Source of the DNA: an uncultured Planctomycetia bacterium
GTDB lineage: Bacteria; Omnitrophota; Gorgyraeia; 2-02-FULL-51-18; CAYJSE01
DNA: 58,897 nucleotides
NCBI GenBank assembly: GCA_964372765.1
Contig: CAYJSE010000004.1
Span: forward strand, 1 to 58,897
Direction of reading: 5' to 3'
In this document: piece by piece, positions 36,009-46,245 of the stretch
Position numbering within the stretch: the stretch's first letter is position 1
Layout of the letters: the number at the start of each line of letters is the position of its first letter
Made by a program: the position numbers and the translations under genes
The notes under the pieces: generated by a model
The model's database searches: none
Told to the model about the DNA's origin: nothing
Seen by the model: only the letters and a program-made list of their open reading frames with translations

Positions 36009-37175
36009 GTGATCAAGAAAACTTCGCTATACACAATATTTCTAGTGGTATTGATCGACCTTATCGGTTTCGGCATCATTTTGCCGCTGTTGCCGTTCTA
36101 TGCCACGCGTTACGGCGCGTCGCCAGTGGCGATCGGATTTTTGTACAGTATTTTTTCAATGGCGCAGCTTGTGTTTTCTCCTTTTTGGGGAGCTTTGTCG
36201 GATCGCGTGGGGCGCCGGCCGATTTTGATGATGAGCACGCTGGGTTCGGTCGCGGCGTATCTACTTTTTGCGTTTTCCGGTTCGTTTGGCATGATATTTT
36301 TCTCGCGGTTTCTGGCCGGCGTCATGGGTGGCAACATCGCGACCGCGCAGGCCTATGTGACCGACGTCACCGCGGAGGAGGAGCGCGCCCGCGGGATGGG
36401 GCTGATCGGAGCGGCGTTTGGCATCGGTTTTGTGCTGGGGCCAGTGCTCGGAGTGATGCTGGTGTGGCATCCCGCGGGACCGGGTCTCGGCGCCGCGGCG
36501 CTGTCCATGGTCAGCTTTTTCCTTGTTTTGTTCAAGCTCCCCGAGACCATCACGATGGACCGCGCGAAGAAACTGTCGCTCAAATACGAAGGCGTTTTTA
36601 CCCGCGTATTTTGGCAGAAACTACAACAGAATACGCCGATACTTTTTTTGGGGATGTTCATTCTCGCGGTAGCGCAGGCGAGTTTGTACGGCGCTTTTCC
36701 GCTCTACTGCCAGGAGGTCTTACGTTTTACACCGCAGGAAGTGGGGATGCAGTTTGTGTATCTGGGGGTTGTGGCGGTGGTGATTCAAGGAGGACTGATT
36801 CAGACGCTCGTGAAGAGATTCGGCGAAGAGGTTTTGTTTATGCTGGGCAGTGGTCTCATGGCAGCCGGTTTTTTTCTCATTCCGTTTGCCGTCTCTAAAG
36901 CCACGCTCATGGTGTATCTGGCCGTGATGGCGGTTGGTTACAGTTTAAACGGGCCGACGCTGAACAGCCTGATCTCCAAACGCTCTGGTTTCGTCGGCGC
37001 AGGGGCGGTGATGGGCGTTTCGCAAGGGATGGCGGGTTTGGGACGCATGATCGGACCGACTTGGGGGGGCTTGTTGTACGGTTTTTCCTACAAACTTCCT
37101 TTTTTCGCGACCGCCGTGGTGAGCTCGGCGCTTTTGGCGATCGGTTTTAAGCTCTATCGGCAAAAGCGGGTTTGA
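36009..37175 (+). CDS. MFS transporter (DHA1/tetracycline-efflux-like)
   Basis: About 12 TM segments, with the MFS motif GALSDRVGRRPIL between TM2 and TM3. GTG start. Confidence 0.8.
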   Translation: MIKKTSLYTIFLVVLIDLIGFGIILPLLPFYATRYGASPVAIGFLYSIFSMAQLVFSPFWGALSDRVGRRPILMMSTLGSVAAYLLFAFSGSFGMIFFSRFLAGVMGGNIATAQAYVTDVTAEEERARGMGLIGAAFGIGFVLGPVLGVMLVWHPAGPGLGAAALSMVSFFLVLFKLPETITMDRAKKLSLKYEGVFTRVFWQKLQQNTPILFLGMFILAVAQASLYGAFPLYCQEVLRFTPQEVGMQFVYLGVVAVVIQGGLIQTLVKRFGEEVLFMLGSGLMAAGFFLIPFAVSKATLMVYLAVMAVGYSLNGPTLNSLISKRSGFVGAGAVMGVSQGMAGLGRMIGPTWGGLLYGFSYKLPFFATAVVSSALLAIGFKLYRQKRV

Positions 37176-37212
37176 CTTTGAAGCGGTATTTTGATACGTT
37201 GTTACACTTAAA

Positions 37213-38037
37213 TTGATTAACCGAAAACTTTTTTTTGGACTTTTTGTTTTTCCGCTGGTGATCGCGGTCGGCATGGCGGTATTGCTGTGCGGCGTAGTGC
37301 TTTTGACGCATGAATCGGAGACGCCCGAGACGCTGATCGTCGCGATCAAGTCCGGCGCGCCGTCGAAGCGCTGGCAAAAGGCGTTTGAGCTCTCGAATGA
37401 GCTAAATAGCTCCAAGCCGTCGGTTCGTTCGCAGAGCGTGATGAATGAAGTGATTCACATCTTAAAAGAGGGTGATCACTACGACGCCAAAACGCGCGGT
37501 TACATGGCGGTGGCGCTGGCGCATTTTAACGCTCCGGAAGCGCGCGCGGCGCTGCGAAGTGTTTTGGGCGACGAATCCGAAGACGTGCGGGTTTACGCGC
37601 TGTGGGCGCTCGCGAATCTCGGCGCTGCTGAAGCGGCGGCTGACATCACGCCGCTTCTTTCATCCGAATCGGCCGGTGTGCGCAAAATGGCCGCGTACGC
37701 GCTGGGCGTGGTCGGAAGCAGGGCCGAAGCGCCGGCGCTCAAAGTTTTGCTCGACGATCTGGTGGCCGACGTTCGTTGGAACTCGGCGCTGGCGCTGGCA
37801 CGCTTGAAAGACAACGCGGGCGAAGCGACGCTTTTAAAAATGCTCGACCGCGGCTCTTTGGACGCGCAGTCGGTGCAAGAGGCGGAAATCGAAAGCGTCA
37901 TGGTCAACGCCGCCCGAGCGTTGGCGCTGGTCCGCAGCCGCGACGCGGTGGGTGTGCTGCAGAATGTTTCGCGTACGGATAGAAATCTAAAGGTTCGCCA
38001 AGCGGCTCTCGAGGCCCTGAAAGTTTTGAACGCATGA
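37213..38037 (+). CDS. Membrane-anchored HEAT-repeat protein (PBS-lyase HEAT-like repeats)
   Basis: N-terminal TM, then repeated units such as DVRVYALWALANLG, AGVRKMAAYALGVVG, DVRWNSALALARL, KVRQAALEAL. ATGA overlap with the Rieske gene. Confidence 0.7.
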   Translation: MINRKLFFGLFVFPLVIAVGMAVLLCGVVLLTHESETPETLIVAIKSGAPSKRWQKAFELSNELNSSKPSVRSQSVMNEVIHILKEGDHYDAKTRGYMAVALAHFNAPEARAALRSVLGDESEDVRVYALWALANLGAAEAAADITPLLSSESAGVRKMAAYALGVVGSRAEAPALKVLLDDLVADVRWNSALALARLKDNAGEATLLKMLDRGSLDAQSVQEAEIESVMVNAARALALVRSRDAVGVLQNVSRTDRNLKVRQAALEALKVLNA

Positions 38038-38543
38038 GTGAGACTCCGACACAGCCGCCGATGAAACGCCGTGAATTTGTTTCATGGCTGGCGCTCGCTT
38101 GGACCAGCTTCGCGCTTGCGACCGCGGGCGCGCTTTCCGTGGTGCTTCGATTTTTATTTCCCAACGTGCTCTTTGAGCCCAAGACTTCCTTCAAGGCCGG
38201 ATTCCCGGACGAGTATGAGACCGGCGTCGTGGATGAGCGCTGGAAGGAAAAATTCGGCGTCTGGATGGTGCGCGCGCCGGAAGGGATCTACGCGCTCTCC
38301 ACGATCTGCACGCATCTTGGCTGTACGCCCAACTGGCTCGGCAATGAAAATAAATTTAAGTGTCCCTGCCATGGAAGCGGATTTTATAAAACCGGCATCA
38401 ATTTTGAGGGACCCGCGCCGCGGCCTTTGGAGCGCTGCCGGATCAGTCTCGCCGAGGACGGCCAGATTTTGGTCGATAAAAGTAAAAAGTTTCAGCAGGA
38501 AAAGGGCGAGTGGAATAACCCAGAGTCCTTTTTGACGTTATAA
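38034..38543 (+). CDS. Rieske [2Fe-2S] subunit of a cytochrome bc-type complex
   Basis: Tat-like KRREFVSWLAL signal anchor. Rieske boxes CTHLGCT and CPCHGSGF. Confidence 0.9.
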   Translation: MSETPTQPPMKRREFVSWLALAWTSFALATAGALSVVLRFLFPNVLFEPKTSFKAGFPDEYETGVVDERWKEKFGVWMVRAPEGIYALSTICTHLGCTPNWLGNENKFKCPCHGSGFYKTGINFEGPAPRPLERCRISLAEDGQILVDKSKKFQQEKGEWNNPESFLTL

Positions 38544-38555
38544 GAGGGAGCGTTC

Positions 38556-39332
38556 ATGTTCAACTTTAAAAAATATATCACCGAAGGACAGATCTGGAAA
38601 TCGATGTTCCGGCACGGCTACACAAGCTCGGAGCGTGATCAGGCGCTCACGGTGCTCACGAACGTATTTTTTCACCTGCATCCGGTGAAGGTGAGAAAGT
38701 CGGGCGCGCGTTTCGGGTTCACCTGGTGCGCGGGAGGGTTGTCGTTTTTCGTATTTTTGACACTCGTCGTGAGCGGGATTCTTTTGATGTTTTATTACCG
38801 GCCGACCGTGGAGTACGCGTACAACGATATCGTGGCGCTGCGCGAGCACGTGCCATTCGGTATCATGCGTGAACTGCACCGCTGGGGCGCCCACGCGATG
38901 ATCATCACGGTGTGGCTGCACATGTTCCGTGTGTTCATGACCGGCTCCTACAAGCCGCCGCGCGAATTCAACTGGGTGGTCGGCGTGATACTTTTGGTTT
39001 TGACGATGCTGCTCAGTTTCACGGGGTACCTTTTGCCTTGGGATCAGCTCGCGATGTGGGCGATCACGGTGGGGAGCAACATGGCGCGCGCGACGCCGTT
39101 TTTAGGGCATGAGGGACCCGGCGCCGCGATGCTGGCGATCGGCGACATTCAGCTGGTGCATTCGGGCAGTGACGTGCGCTTCGCGCTTTTGGGCGGGCGC
39201 TTTGTCGGCGCGGGCGCGCTTTTACGTTTTTACATTTTGCACTGTGTGGCGATTCCGACCGTGATGGTGCTGTTGATGGCCGTGCATTTCTGGAGAATCC
39301 GTAAAGACGGGGGCATCAGTGGGCCCCTTTAA
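38556..39332 (+). CDS. Cytochrome b, N-terminal (b6-like, four-helix) subunit
   Basis: [59 protein letters not shown] and FY.LH carry the four heme-ligand histidine contexts. Confidence 0.9.
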   Translation: MFNFKKYITEGQIWKSMFRHGYTSSERDQALTVLTNVFFHLHPVKVRKSGARFGFTWCAGGLSFFVFLTLVVSGILLMFYYRPTVEYAYNDIVALREHVPFGIMRELHRWGAHAMIITVWLHMFRVFMTGSYKPPREFNWVVGVILLVLTMLLSFTGYLLPWDQLAMWAITVGSNMARATPFLGHEGPGAAMLAIGDIQLVHSGSDVRFALLGGRFVGAGALLRFYILHCVAIPTVMVLLMAVHFWRIRKDGGISGPL

Positions 39333-40398
39333 AGAGTTTATCAACTCGATTTCCTCGCCGGTCGCGATTTTCACGGCCGCCGTGGCCGTTTTTTCGCTTT
39401 TCGTGGCGTTCCCGAGACAGGCGACATCCAAAGGGATGTCGCTACTTTTTTTGTCGTTGGTGCTCGGGTTTTTTGGCGTGGGTCTCACCGACGAACATTT
39501 CCGAAAAGTGGTTTGCGCGCCGGACAATGTGCCGATTGTCGGTATGATTTTCATCTTTGGGTATTTCACCTGGTTTGCGATGCGCAAGGCCGTCGAGAAC
39601 GATCAACGCGTGGAACGGGGGGAACCGACGCTGGAAAAGACCGAAAGCGATCAAAAGGTGATGGTGTTCCCCTACCTTATATATATCGAGTTTGTGATCG
39701 CTTTGTTTTACGCGATCGCGCTGGTGGTGTGGTCGCTGCTCCTTAAAGCGCCGCTCGAAGAACCGGCCAATCCGACGGTGTCGCCCAATCCGAGCAAGGC
39801 GCCCTGGTATTTCTTAGGATTGCAGGAGATGCTCGTTTATTTTGACCCGTGGATTGCCGGCGTCCTACTGCCCACGTTTATCATCATCGGTCTTTGCGCG
39901 ATTCCGTATATCGACCGCGACACCTCGACCTCCGGGTACTACTGCTTCAAGCCGCGGCGTCGGGTGATCACGACGTACTTATTTGGTTTCTGGATTTTAT
40001 GGATTCTTTTGATTTTATTCGGCACATTCCTGCGGGGACCCAACTGGAACTTTTTTGGACCTTTTGAGACCTGGAACGCGCATAAGGTGGTGCCGCTCAT
40101 GAACGTGAATCTGTCGGAGCTCGTTTTTATCAAGTGGTTCGGGGTGGGGCTACCGAAACTCTGGTTTGTGCGCGAAGCGCCGGGGATAATACTGGTTTTG
40201 GCGTATCTAGCGATCCCGCCGCTTCTTCTGTCAAAGACACTGTTTAAAGAGCTTTATAAAAAACTGGAACCGGTGCGCTACAGCGTGCTGATGCTGCTTC
40301 TTTTAGTCATGGTGGCTTTGCCGATCAAGATGTATCTGCGCTGGGCGTTCAATTTGAAGTATCTCGTCGCGATCCCCGAATTTTTCTTCAACATCTGA
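39319..40398 (+). CDS. Cytochrome b C-terminal (subunit IV/PetD-like) subunit with extra TM helices
   Basis: [26 protein letters not shown]......L..IPYIDR. The Qo-site PEWY position reads APWY. At 359 aa it is much longer than PetD. The start is uncertain (GTG 39319). Confidence 0.75.
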   Translation: MGPFKEFINSISSPVAIFTAAVAVFSLFVAFPRQATSKGMSLLFLSLVLGFFGVGLTDEHFRKVVCAPDNVPIVGMIFIFGYFTWFAMRKAVENDQRVERGEPTLEKTESDQKVMVFPYLIYIEFVIALFYAIALVVWSLLLKAPLEEPANPTVSPNPSKAPWYFLGLQEMLVYFDPWIAGVLLPTFIIIGLCAIPYIDRDTSTSGYYCFKPRRRVITTYLFGFWILWILLILFGTFLRGPNWNFFGPFETWNAHKVVPLMNVNLSELVFIKWFGVGLPKLWFVREAPGIILVLAYLAIPPLLLSKTLFKELYKKLEPVRYSVLMLLLLVMVALPIKMYLRWAFNLKYLVAIPEFFFNI

Positions 40399-43208
40399 TG
40401 TCCAAAGAAAAAGACCCCAATATTCTCTACAGTGTTTCGAAAACCACGATCTGGTTTTTGGTGGCGAGCGTGATTTTAGCCGCGAGTCTTTTGACGATGG
40501 TTTGGGCGGACCATTCGCGCGAGTGGAAGGCGTGGCAAAAGAAATTTGTCGCGATGAAGACCGAAAAAGCCAAAACCGAGCTTGAGGTAGCGGAGAAAAA
40601 GCTGAATCAGAAGACTTTTGCCGACACCGAAGCGAAGCTCAAAGCCGCCGACGCGGATCTTACGGCCCACCACAAAGAGCATGAGACCCTCCGAAAGGAA
40701 ATCGAGGCGTTGGACGTGGCGTTTGTCAAAGCCAAGACGCGCCACCAAGACCTGAAGCAATTTCACGATTCTTACCTTTACTACTATGAGGAGTATTCCC
40801 ATAAGCGCGACGCGCGCGCGGCGGAGTACCGTCAGAAACTGGATGATTTGGCGCCATTGCTCAACGAGGCAAATCTCGGGGTCCAAAAACTTGAAGCTGA
40901 AAAAGAGTCCAAGACGGCGCTGTACGAGAAATTCATCGCCAAGAAAAAGGAACTCGAAAAACTCTTATCGGATCTATCAAAAGATAAGGAGAGCGCCCAA
41001 AGAAAACTAAACGCGGTCAAGCCCACGATCGCCAAAGATATCTTGAACGCGCCGATGCTGGATTTCGTGGCGCCGTCACTGACGATCCAGCAGGTGGTGC
41101 TGGAGGATCTCTACGACGACTACCATTTCACAAAGGTTCAGAAGATAGACCGCTGCACGACTTGCCACCTAGGTATTGACCAGAAGGGTTTTGAGGACGC
41201 GCCGCAGCCTTTTCGCACGCATCCGAAGCTCGATCTTTATCTCGGCTCCGCGTCGCCGCACCCGGTGGAGACGTTTGGTTGCACGGTATGTCACGGCGGC
41301 AACGGCCATTCGGTGAGTTTTAAAGATTCGGCGCATATGCCGTCCAGCGACGCGCAGGCCAAAGACTGGGAGAAAAAATACCGCTGGGAAGCGCTCGAGA
41401 AGTGGAAGCAGAAAATGCTTCCAACGAAATACATCGAGTCCTCGTGCGCCAAGTGCCACAGCGGCGTCGTGGATGTGCCCGAGGCGCCGAAGCTGAATGA
41501 GGGCCGGCAATTGGCGCGCGAGCTGGGGTGTTTGAGTTGTCACAAAGTGCAAGGGTTCGAGTCCCCATGGAAAGTGGGGCCGGATTTAACGAGCGTGGCC
41601 TCGAAGCTGGATCCGGAGTGGATGAAAAAATGGATCGCGGATCCGCGCGCATTTCGAGCCTCGACGCGCATGCCGCAGATTTTCCATCTATCCAACACGG
41701 ACAGCCCCGAAGACCGCGTCAAAAGCGACGCGGCGATCGAGGCGGTCACGCACTATCTTTTACAAAATTCCACTCACCAACAGCGGACTCCCGTACCGGC
41801 GGCCGGCGATGCCACGCGCGGCGAAAAGCTCGTAAAAGAGCTCGGATGTTTGGCCTGTCACTCGGCGGCGGGTTCCCGGGCGAGCGAATTTGCGCCAGAG
41901 CTCTCTGGGTTAGGCAGTAAGGTGACTCCGGAATGGCTCTACAGCTGGCTTAAAAATCCGAAGCATTTCTCGCCTGATACGCGCATGCCGAATCTCAGGT
42001 TGAGTGACGAGGAAGCCGCGGATATCACAAGCTATCTTTTGTCATTAAAGAACGAACCCTTCGAGTCTAGATCCACGCCAAAGGCCAAAGAGGCCGTGTT
42101 GGATGAAATGGCGATGAAGTTTCTGTCTAAAAATATGCGCGTCGCGGAGGCCAAGTCCGCGCTGGGCAAGATGGACCGCGAGGCCAAGCTGAACTTTTTG
42201 GGCAAGCAGACGATCGCTCATCAGGGTTGCTATGCCTGCCACGCGATCCAAGGTTTTGAAGACGCAAAGCCCATCGGCGCCGAGCTTACGAAAGAGGGCC
42301 AGAAGGATCTGCATCAATTTGACTTTGGTTTTTCGTCCATAGACCACACGCGCGAGTCATGGATTTTCCACAAACTGAAAGAGCCGCGTCTTTTTGACGA
42401 GGGTAAAGTGCGGGAGTATCACGACAAACTGCGCATGCCCGATTTTGGACTGACCGACGAGGAGGCCGAGAAACTTACCACATTTGTCTTGAGTCTGCGT
42501 GAAGAGCCGATCCCCTACGGCATGAAGGACAATCTAGATCTCAACCAACAAAAAATCGAAGCCGGCCGATTGCTGGTTAAAAAGCTCAACTGTCAGGGTT
42601 GTCACACGCTGGACGGTCAAGAAGGAAGTATCCATGCTGTGACCGAGGATGCGGGCCAGGCGCCGCCGGCATTGGATGGGGAGGGAGCCAAGGTGCAGGA
42701 AAAGTGGCTGTATCACTTTCTCGAAAACCCGACCGTCATACGGCCGTGGATCCGTTACCGGATGCCGACTTTTAATTTAAGCGAAGAAGAGCTTGAAACC
42801 CTCGTCGCTTATTTCGCGCACCAGGCGCATCAGGAGGTTTCCTATTCAGGAAAGGAAATACCGGAATCTTCTCCGGAAAAAGTGGCGACGGGCAAAATGC
42901 TCGTCGAGAAATTTCAGTGCATGAAGTGTCACCAGGTGAACGCGCTCAGCGCCGCGATGGGTTCTTCGTTCTTGGCGCCCGATTTACGGCTTACCCAGAA
43001 TCGCCTGAAGCCTGAGTGGGTTAAGGATTGGCTCAAAGACCCGCAGGCGCTGCAAGAAGGCACGATGATGCCCGGCTTTTTCCCCGACGGGCAGTCGCCG
43101 CTGCCGGATGTATTGGGCGGGGACGCCGAGGCCCAAATCGAGGCGATCCGCGATTACCTGTACCGCTATGAGCGGGAAGGGGAGTCGAATCCCGTTGAAA
43201 AGAAGTAA
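40398..43208 (+). CDS. Membrane-anchored octaheme cytochrome c with a long coiled-coil stalk
   Basis: Eight CxxCH motifs: CTTCH, CTVCH, CAKCH, CLSCH, CLACH, CYACH, CQGCH, CMKCH. The last five sit in repeated class-I-like modules, each with a distal (R/M)MP(Q/N/D/T/G)(I/L/F) Met motif. There is an N-terminal TM helix and then about 200 aa of K/E/A-rich heptad-like sequence. ATG shares 1 nt with the upstream stop. Confidence 0.85.
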   Translation: MSKEKDPNILYSVSKTTIWFLVASVILAASLLTMVWADHSREWKAWQKKFVAMKTEKAKTELEVAEKKLNQKTFADTEAKLKAADADLTAHHKEHETLRKEIEALDVAFVKAKTRHQDLKQFHDSYLYYYEEYSHKRDARAAEYRQKLDDLAPLLNEANLGVQKLEAEKESKTALYEKFIAKKKELEKLLSDLSKDKESAQRKLNAVKPTIAKDILNAPMLDFVAPSLTIQQVVLEDLYDDYHFTKVQKIDRCTTCHLGIDQKGFEDAPQPFRTHPKLDLYLGSASPHPVETFGCTVCHGGNGHSVSFKDSAHMPSSDAQAKDWEKKYRWEALEKWKQKMLPTKYIESSCAKCHSGVVDVPEAPKLNEGRQLARELGCLSCHKVQGFESPWKVGPDLTSVASKLDPEWMKKWIADPRAFRASTRMPQIFHLSNTDSPEDRVKSDAAIEAVTHYLLQNSTHQQRTPVPAAGDATRGEKLVKELGCLACHSAAGSRASEFAPELSGLGSKVTPEWLYSWLKNPKHFSPDTRMPNLRLSDEEAADITSYLLSLKNEPFESRSTPKAKEAVLDEMAMKFLSKNMRVAEAKSALGKMDREAKLNFLGKQTIAHQGCYACHAIQGFEDAKPIGAELTKEGQKDLHQFDFGFSSIDHTRESWIFHKLKEPRLFDEGKVREYHDKLRMPDFGLTDEEAEKLTTFVLSLREEPIPYGMKDNLDLNQQKIEAGRLLVKKLNCQGCHTLDGQEGSIHAVTEDAGQAPPALDGEGAKVQEKWLYHFLENPTVIRPWIRYRMPTFNLSEEELETLVAYFAHQAHQEVSYSGKEIPESSPEKVATGKMLVEKFQCMKCHQVNALSAAMGSSFLAPDLRLTQNRLKPEWVKDWLKDPQALQEGTMMPGFFPDGQSPLPDVLGGDAEAQIEAIRDYLYRYEREGESNPVEKK

Positions 43209-43248
43209 GCCAAGCGATAGAATACAAAGACAGAAGAAGGAGATTTCA

Positions 43249-43956
43249 ATGAAGAGAAAATTATTGGGGTTTTTTGTTTTTCTATTTCTTTTAAGCTTCG
43301 GATTAGGCGTATCGGAAGCTGCTGTGGTGAGCGGCAAGATCAGTTTTGAAGGTCAGGCGCCAGCCGCCGAGACCCTGACAATGGATGCCGATCCCAGCTG
43401 TCAATTGGCGCATCCGGACGGTGTTCAGGCTGATGATGTGCTCGTCAACGCCAACGGCACGCTGAAAAACGTGTTTATCTACGTCAAACAGGGTCTCGAG
43501 GGTCAAACATTTCCGGCGTCCAAGGAAGCGGTGATGTTCGACCAAAAGGATTGTCAATACTCTCCGAAAGTGTTCGGGATTCAAGTGGGCCAGCCGCTCG
43601 AGATCATGAATAGCGATAACACACTGCACAATGTGCACTCGCTATCCGAAAAGAGCGCTCAGTTTAATCTCGGCATGCCACTGCAAGGCATGAAGCTCAA
43701 GAAATCATTTACAGCGCCCGAAGTGATGGTGAAGATTAAATGCGACGTGCACCCCTGGATGGCGGCTTACGCGGGTGTATTGGACCATCCGTTTTACGCA
43801 GTGAGCGGCGACGACGGTTCGTTTGCGATCCAAGATCTTCCCGCGGGTAGTTACGTGATGGAGGCCTGGCACGAGAAGTACGGTGTGCAAGAACAGGCGG
43901 TTTCAGTCACGGACGAAGGCGCCACCCAAGAGATTTCCTTCTCATACAAAGCTTAA
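43249..43956 (+). CDS. Secreted cupredoxin (type-1 blue copper) protein flanked by beta-sandwich segments
   Basis: Start placed at ATG 43249 after AAGGAG. Signal peptide MKRKLLGFFVFLFLLSFGLGVSEA. Candidate T1Cu ligands are NTLHNVHS ... CDVHPWM (His, Cys, His, Met spacing). Confidence 0.7.
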   Translation: MKRKLLGFFVFLFLLSFGLGVSEAAVVSGKISFEGQAPAAETLTMDADPSCQLAHPDGVQADDVLVNANGTLKNVFIYVKQGLEGQTFPASKEAVMFDQKDCQYSPKVFGIQVGQPLEIMNSDNTLHNVHSLSEKSAQFNLGMPLQGMKLKKSFTAPEVMVKIKCDVHPWMAAYAGVLDHPFYAVSGDDGSFAIQDLPAGSYVMEAWHEKYGVQEQAVSVTDEGATQEISFSYKA

Positions 43957-43961
43957 AAAGC

Positions 43962-44810
43962 TTGCATCGATTTAGCTTTTTTGTCACGGCCGCCACGTTT
44001 TGTCTTGTCATCGCGGGGGGGCTTGTAACGAGCACCGATTCGGGGCTCGCCGTGCCCGACTGGCCGCTTTCCTATGGAACGATGTTCCCTCCGATGGTGG
44101 GGGGGATCCGTTTTGAGCACACGCACCGCGTGATCGCCGGATTTGTGGGACTGCTGACACTGGCGCTGACGCTGTGGGCTATTTTCCGAGAGAAGCGCGC
44201 GTGGGTGCGCGGGTTGACGATACTCGCGTTCTTCATGGTGACGCTTCAGGCGGTGCTTGGCGGGATAACCGTGATTCACCGCCTACCGGATGCTGTTTCT
44301 ATCACACACGCTTGTCTCGCGCAGACCTTTTTTGCGCTGCTCGGCGTGATCACGCTTGTGACTTCCGAATCCTGGAGCAATCGGCGCGCCGTATTTTGCG
44401 CGAACGGCGCGTCGTTCAAGCGGCTTTTAGGCGTCACCTGTACGTTTGTTTATTTGCAGCTTATCGCGGGCGCTGCGGTGCGCCACACCGAAGGAGCGGC
44501 TGGACTGCCTTACCATATTTTGCTGGCGTTTCTCATTTTACTGCATACGTTTCTTATTTTTTATAAAGTGACACAGGACAAAAACTTGTCTGAGCGATGG
44601 TTCAAGCCGGCGGGGGGGCTCGCGATTTTGGTGTTTATTCAGGCGATGCTGGGTTTTGCGGCGTATGTGGTGACGCTGGCTTTGCGTCTCGGGCCGGACT
44701 TCCGGTTCGAGGAAGTTTTGATCACGACCGCGCATCAAGCGATCGGCGCCTGGATTTTAATGGCGATGCTCGTGTGGACGTTATCCGTATTCCGGCATCT
44801 TGAATCATGA
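43962..44810 (+). CDS. ctaA: Heme A synthase (COX15/CtaA family)
   Basis: GGLVTSTDSGLAVPDWPLSYG, FEHTHR, HA.LAQ and HQ..GA, with eight TM segments. TTG start. Confidence 0.85.
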   Translation: MHRFSFFVTAATFCLVIAGGLVTSTDSGLAVPDWPLSYGTMFPPMVGGIRFEHTHRVIAGFVGLLTLALTLWAIFREKRAWVRGLTILAFFMVTLQAVLGGITVIHRLPDAVSITHACLAQTFFALLGVITLVTSESWSNRRAVFCANGASFKRLLGVTCTFVYLQLIAGAAVRHTEGAAGLPYHILLAFLILLHTFLIFYKVTQDKNLSERWFKPAGGLAILVFIQAMLGFAAYVVTLALRLGPDFRFEEVLITTAHQAIGAWILMAMLVWTLSVFRHLES

Positions 44811-45649
44811 ATGTTTACTGGGAGCTTATAAAACCTCGGCTGACGCTTGTGGCGCTGGTGGTGGTGGCGGGCGCTTTCTATATGGCGTCTACTCCGCCGA
44901 TGGACACCGCTCTGCTCGTGCGCGTGATCTTAGGGGCGGCACTGGTGGCTGCGGGTGGGAACGCACTCAACCAGTATCTCGAACGAGACTATGACGCCAA
45001 AATGCAGCGCACCCGCTTGCGGCCTTTGCCTAGCGGACGCCTTCGGGCCGAGGCGGCCTTGGCTTTTGGTGCGGCGGCTTCAGCGGCGGGTCTTACCGTG
45101 CTGTGGTTTTTCGTGAACCCCTTGACGGCGTTCGTGGGTTTTAGCATTTTCTTGAGCTATGTGTTTGTGTACACGCCCTTGAAGCGCGTGACGCCGCTCA
45201 ACACGTTTGTCGGCGCCGTGCCGGGCGCTCTGCCAATGCTGATCGGTTGGACCGCCGCGAATCCGGTGCTGACCCCCGAAGCCTGGACGCTTTTCGCGAT
45301 TCTTTTTTTATGGCAACTGCCGCATTTTTTCGCGATTTGTTGGGAGTATCGGCAGGATTATGAGAGAGCCGGTTTCAGGATGATCACGCGCACCGACGCG
45401 CTGGGCGAAAAGACCGCGAGCCGCATCCTGCTTTACAGCGCGTTGCTTATTCCGGCGAGTCTCTTGCCGTATTTTTTAGGCATGAGCGGAATTTTTTATA
45501 AAAACGCGGCGCTTTTGTCGGGGCTTTTTTCTTTATTTTTGGTACACTGGCTTTACCGGCGCAGGCTCGAGGGCGCCCGGCGTTTTATCCCGGCCTCGAT
45601 TGCGCATCTAGTGATCTTAAGTCTATGCATGGTGATTGACAAACAATGA
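44807..45649 (+). CDS. ctaB: Protoheme IX farnesyltransferase (heme O synthase)
   Basis: YWELIKPRLT, GNALNQYLERDYDAKM.RT..RPLPSGRL, YT.LKR, WQ.PHF. ATGA overlap with ctaA. Confidence 0.92.
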   Translation: MNVYWELIKPRLTLVALVVVAGAFYMASTPPMDTALLVRVILGAALVAAGGNALNQYLERDYDAKMQRTRLRPLPSGRLRAEAALAFGAAASAAGLTVLWFFVNPLTAFVGFSIFLSYVFVYTPLKRVTPLNTFVGAVPGALPMLIGWTAANPVLTPEAWTLFAILFLWQLPHFFAICWEYRQDYERAGFRMITRTDALGEKTASRILLYSALLIPASLLPYFLGMSGIFYKNAALLSGLFSLFLVHWLYRRRLEGARRFIPASIAHLVILSLCMVIDKQ

Positions 45650-46245
45650 GTTCACACGGTCAGTCGACGATTGTCTGGTGGGTGTCGTGGATTTTTTTGA
45701 CGATACTGACGTTCTTTGTCGCAGCCTATTTTTGGACGTGGTTTATCGCCCGGTACGTGGGCCGCATGCAGGACTCCGGGATGCCGGTGCTGTGGGTGGT
45801 GGCGGTTTTTGGGACCTGGATGCTGATGCTGGTGCCGCTCATCGTGCTGATGTACAACAAAGTGGACAAAACGTACGAAGACGCGCGCATCCGGCGCGAG
45901 ACGGAGTCGATGACGCGACTCCAGAAGTACGCGCCTTACCGAGGTGAGTTTGTTGAAGAAACAAAGCGTAGGATCGGTGAATCGCTGGTCGCCAAGCTAA
46001 GGGAATACCCGGAGGTTCTAAAAAGGGCGCACCTAGTGCACGCGCGCCTGCGGGACGGGCGCCGGGTGGAAAATATTTTTATTTATGACAAAAAAGAAAT
46101 GCTGGGCGTCTATGACCGCGAAAGACTCGATTTTGACCCTTCGGAGATCGTGGACGTGGAGCCCGTGGATATCCAAAATTTGCCCGCCTACGAGGAAGCG
46201 AAGTGGCTGCGTCTCGATGGGATCGGACGCGCGGTGACGAAATAA
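45646..46245 (+). CDS. Hypothetical membrane protein (two TM segments plus a soluble C-terminal domain)
   Basis: ATGA overlap with ctaB. I recognise no family. Coding is supported by operon position and length only. Confidence 0.5.
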   Translation: MSSHGQSTIVWWVSWIFLTILTFFVAAYFWTWFIARYVGRMQDSGMPVLWVVAVFGTWMLMLVPLIVLMYNKVDKTYEDARIRRETESMTRLQKYAPYRGEFVEETKRRIGESLVAKLREYPEVLKRAHLVHARLRDGRRVENIFIYDKKEMLGVYDRERLDFDPSEIVDVEPVDIQNLPAYEEAKWLRLDGIGRAVTK

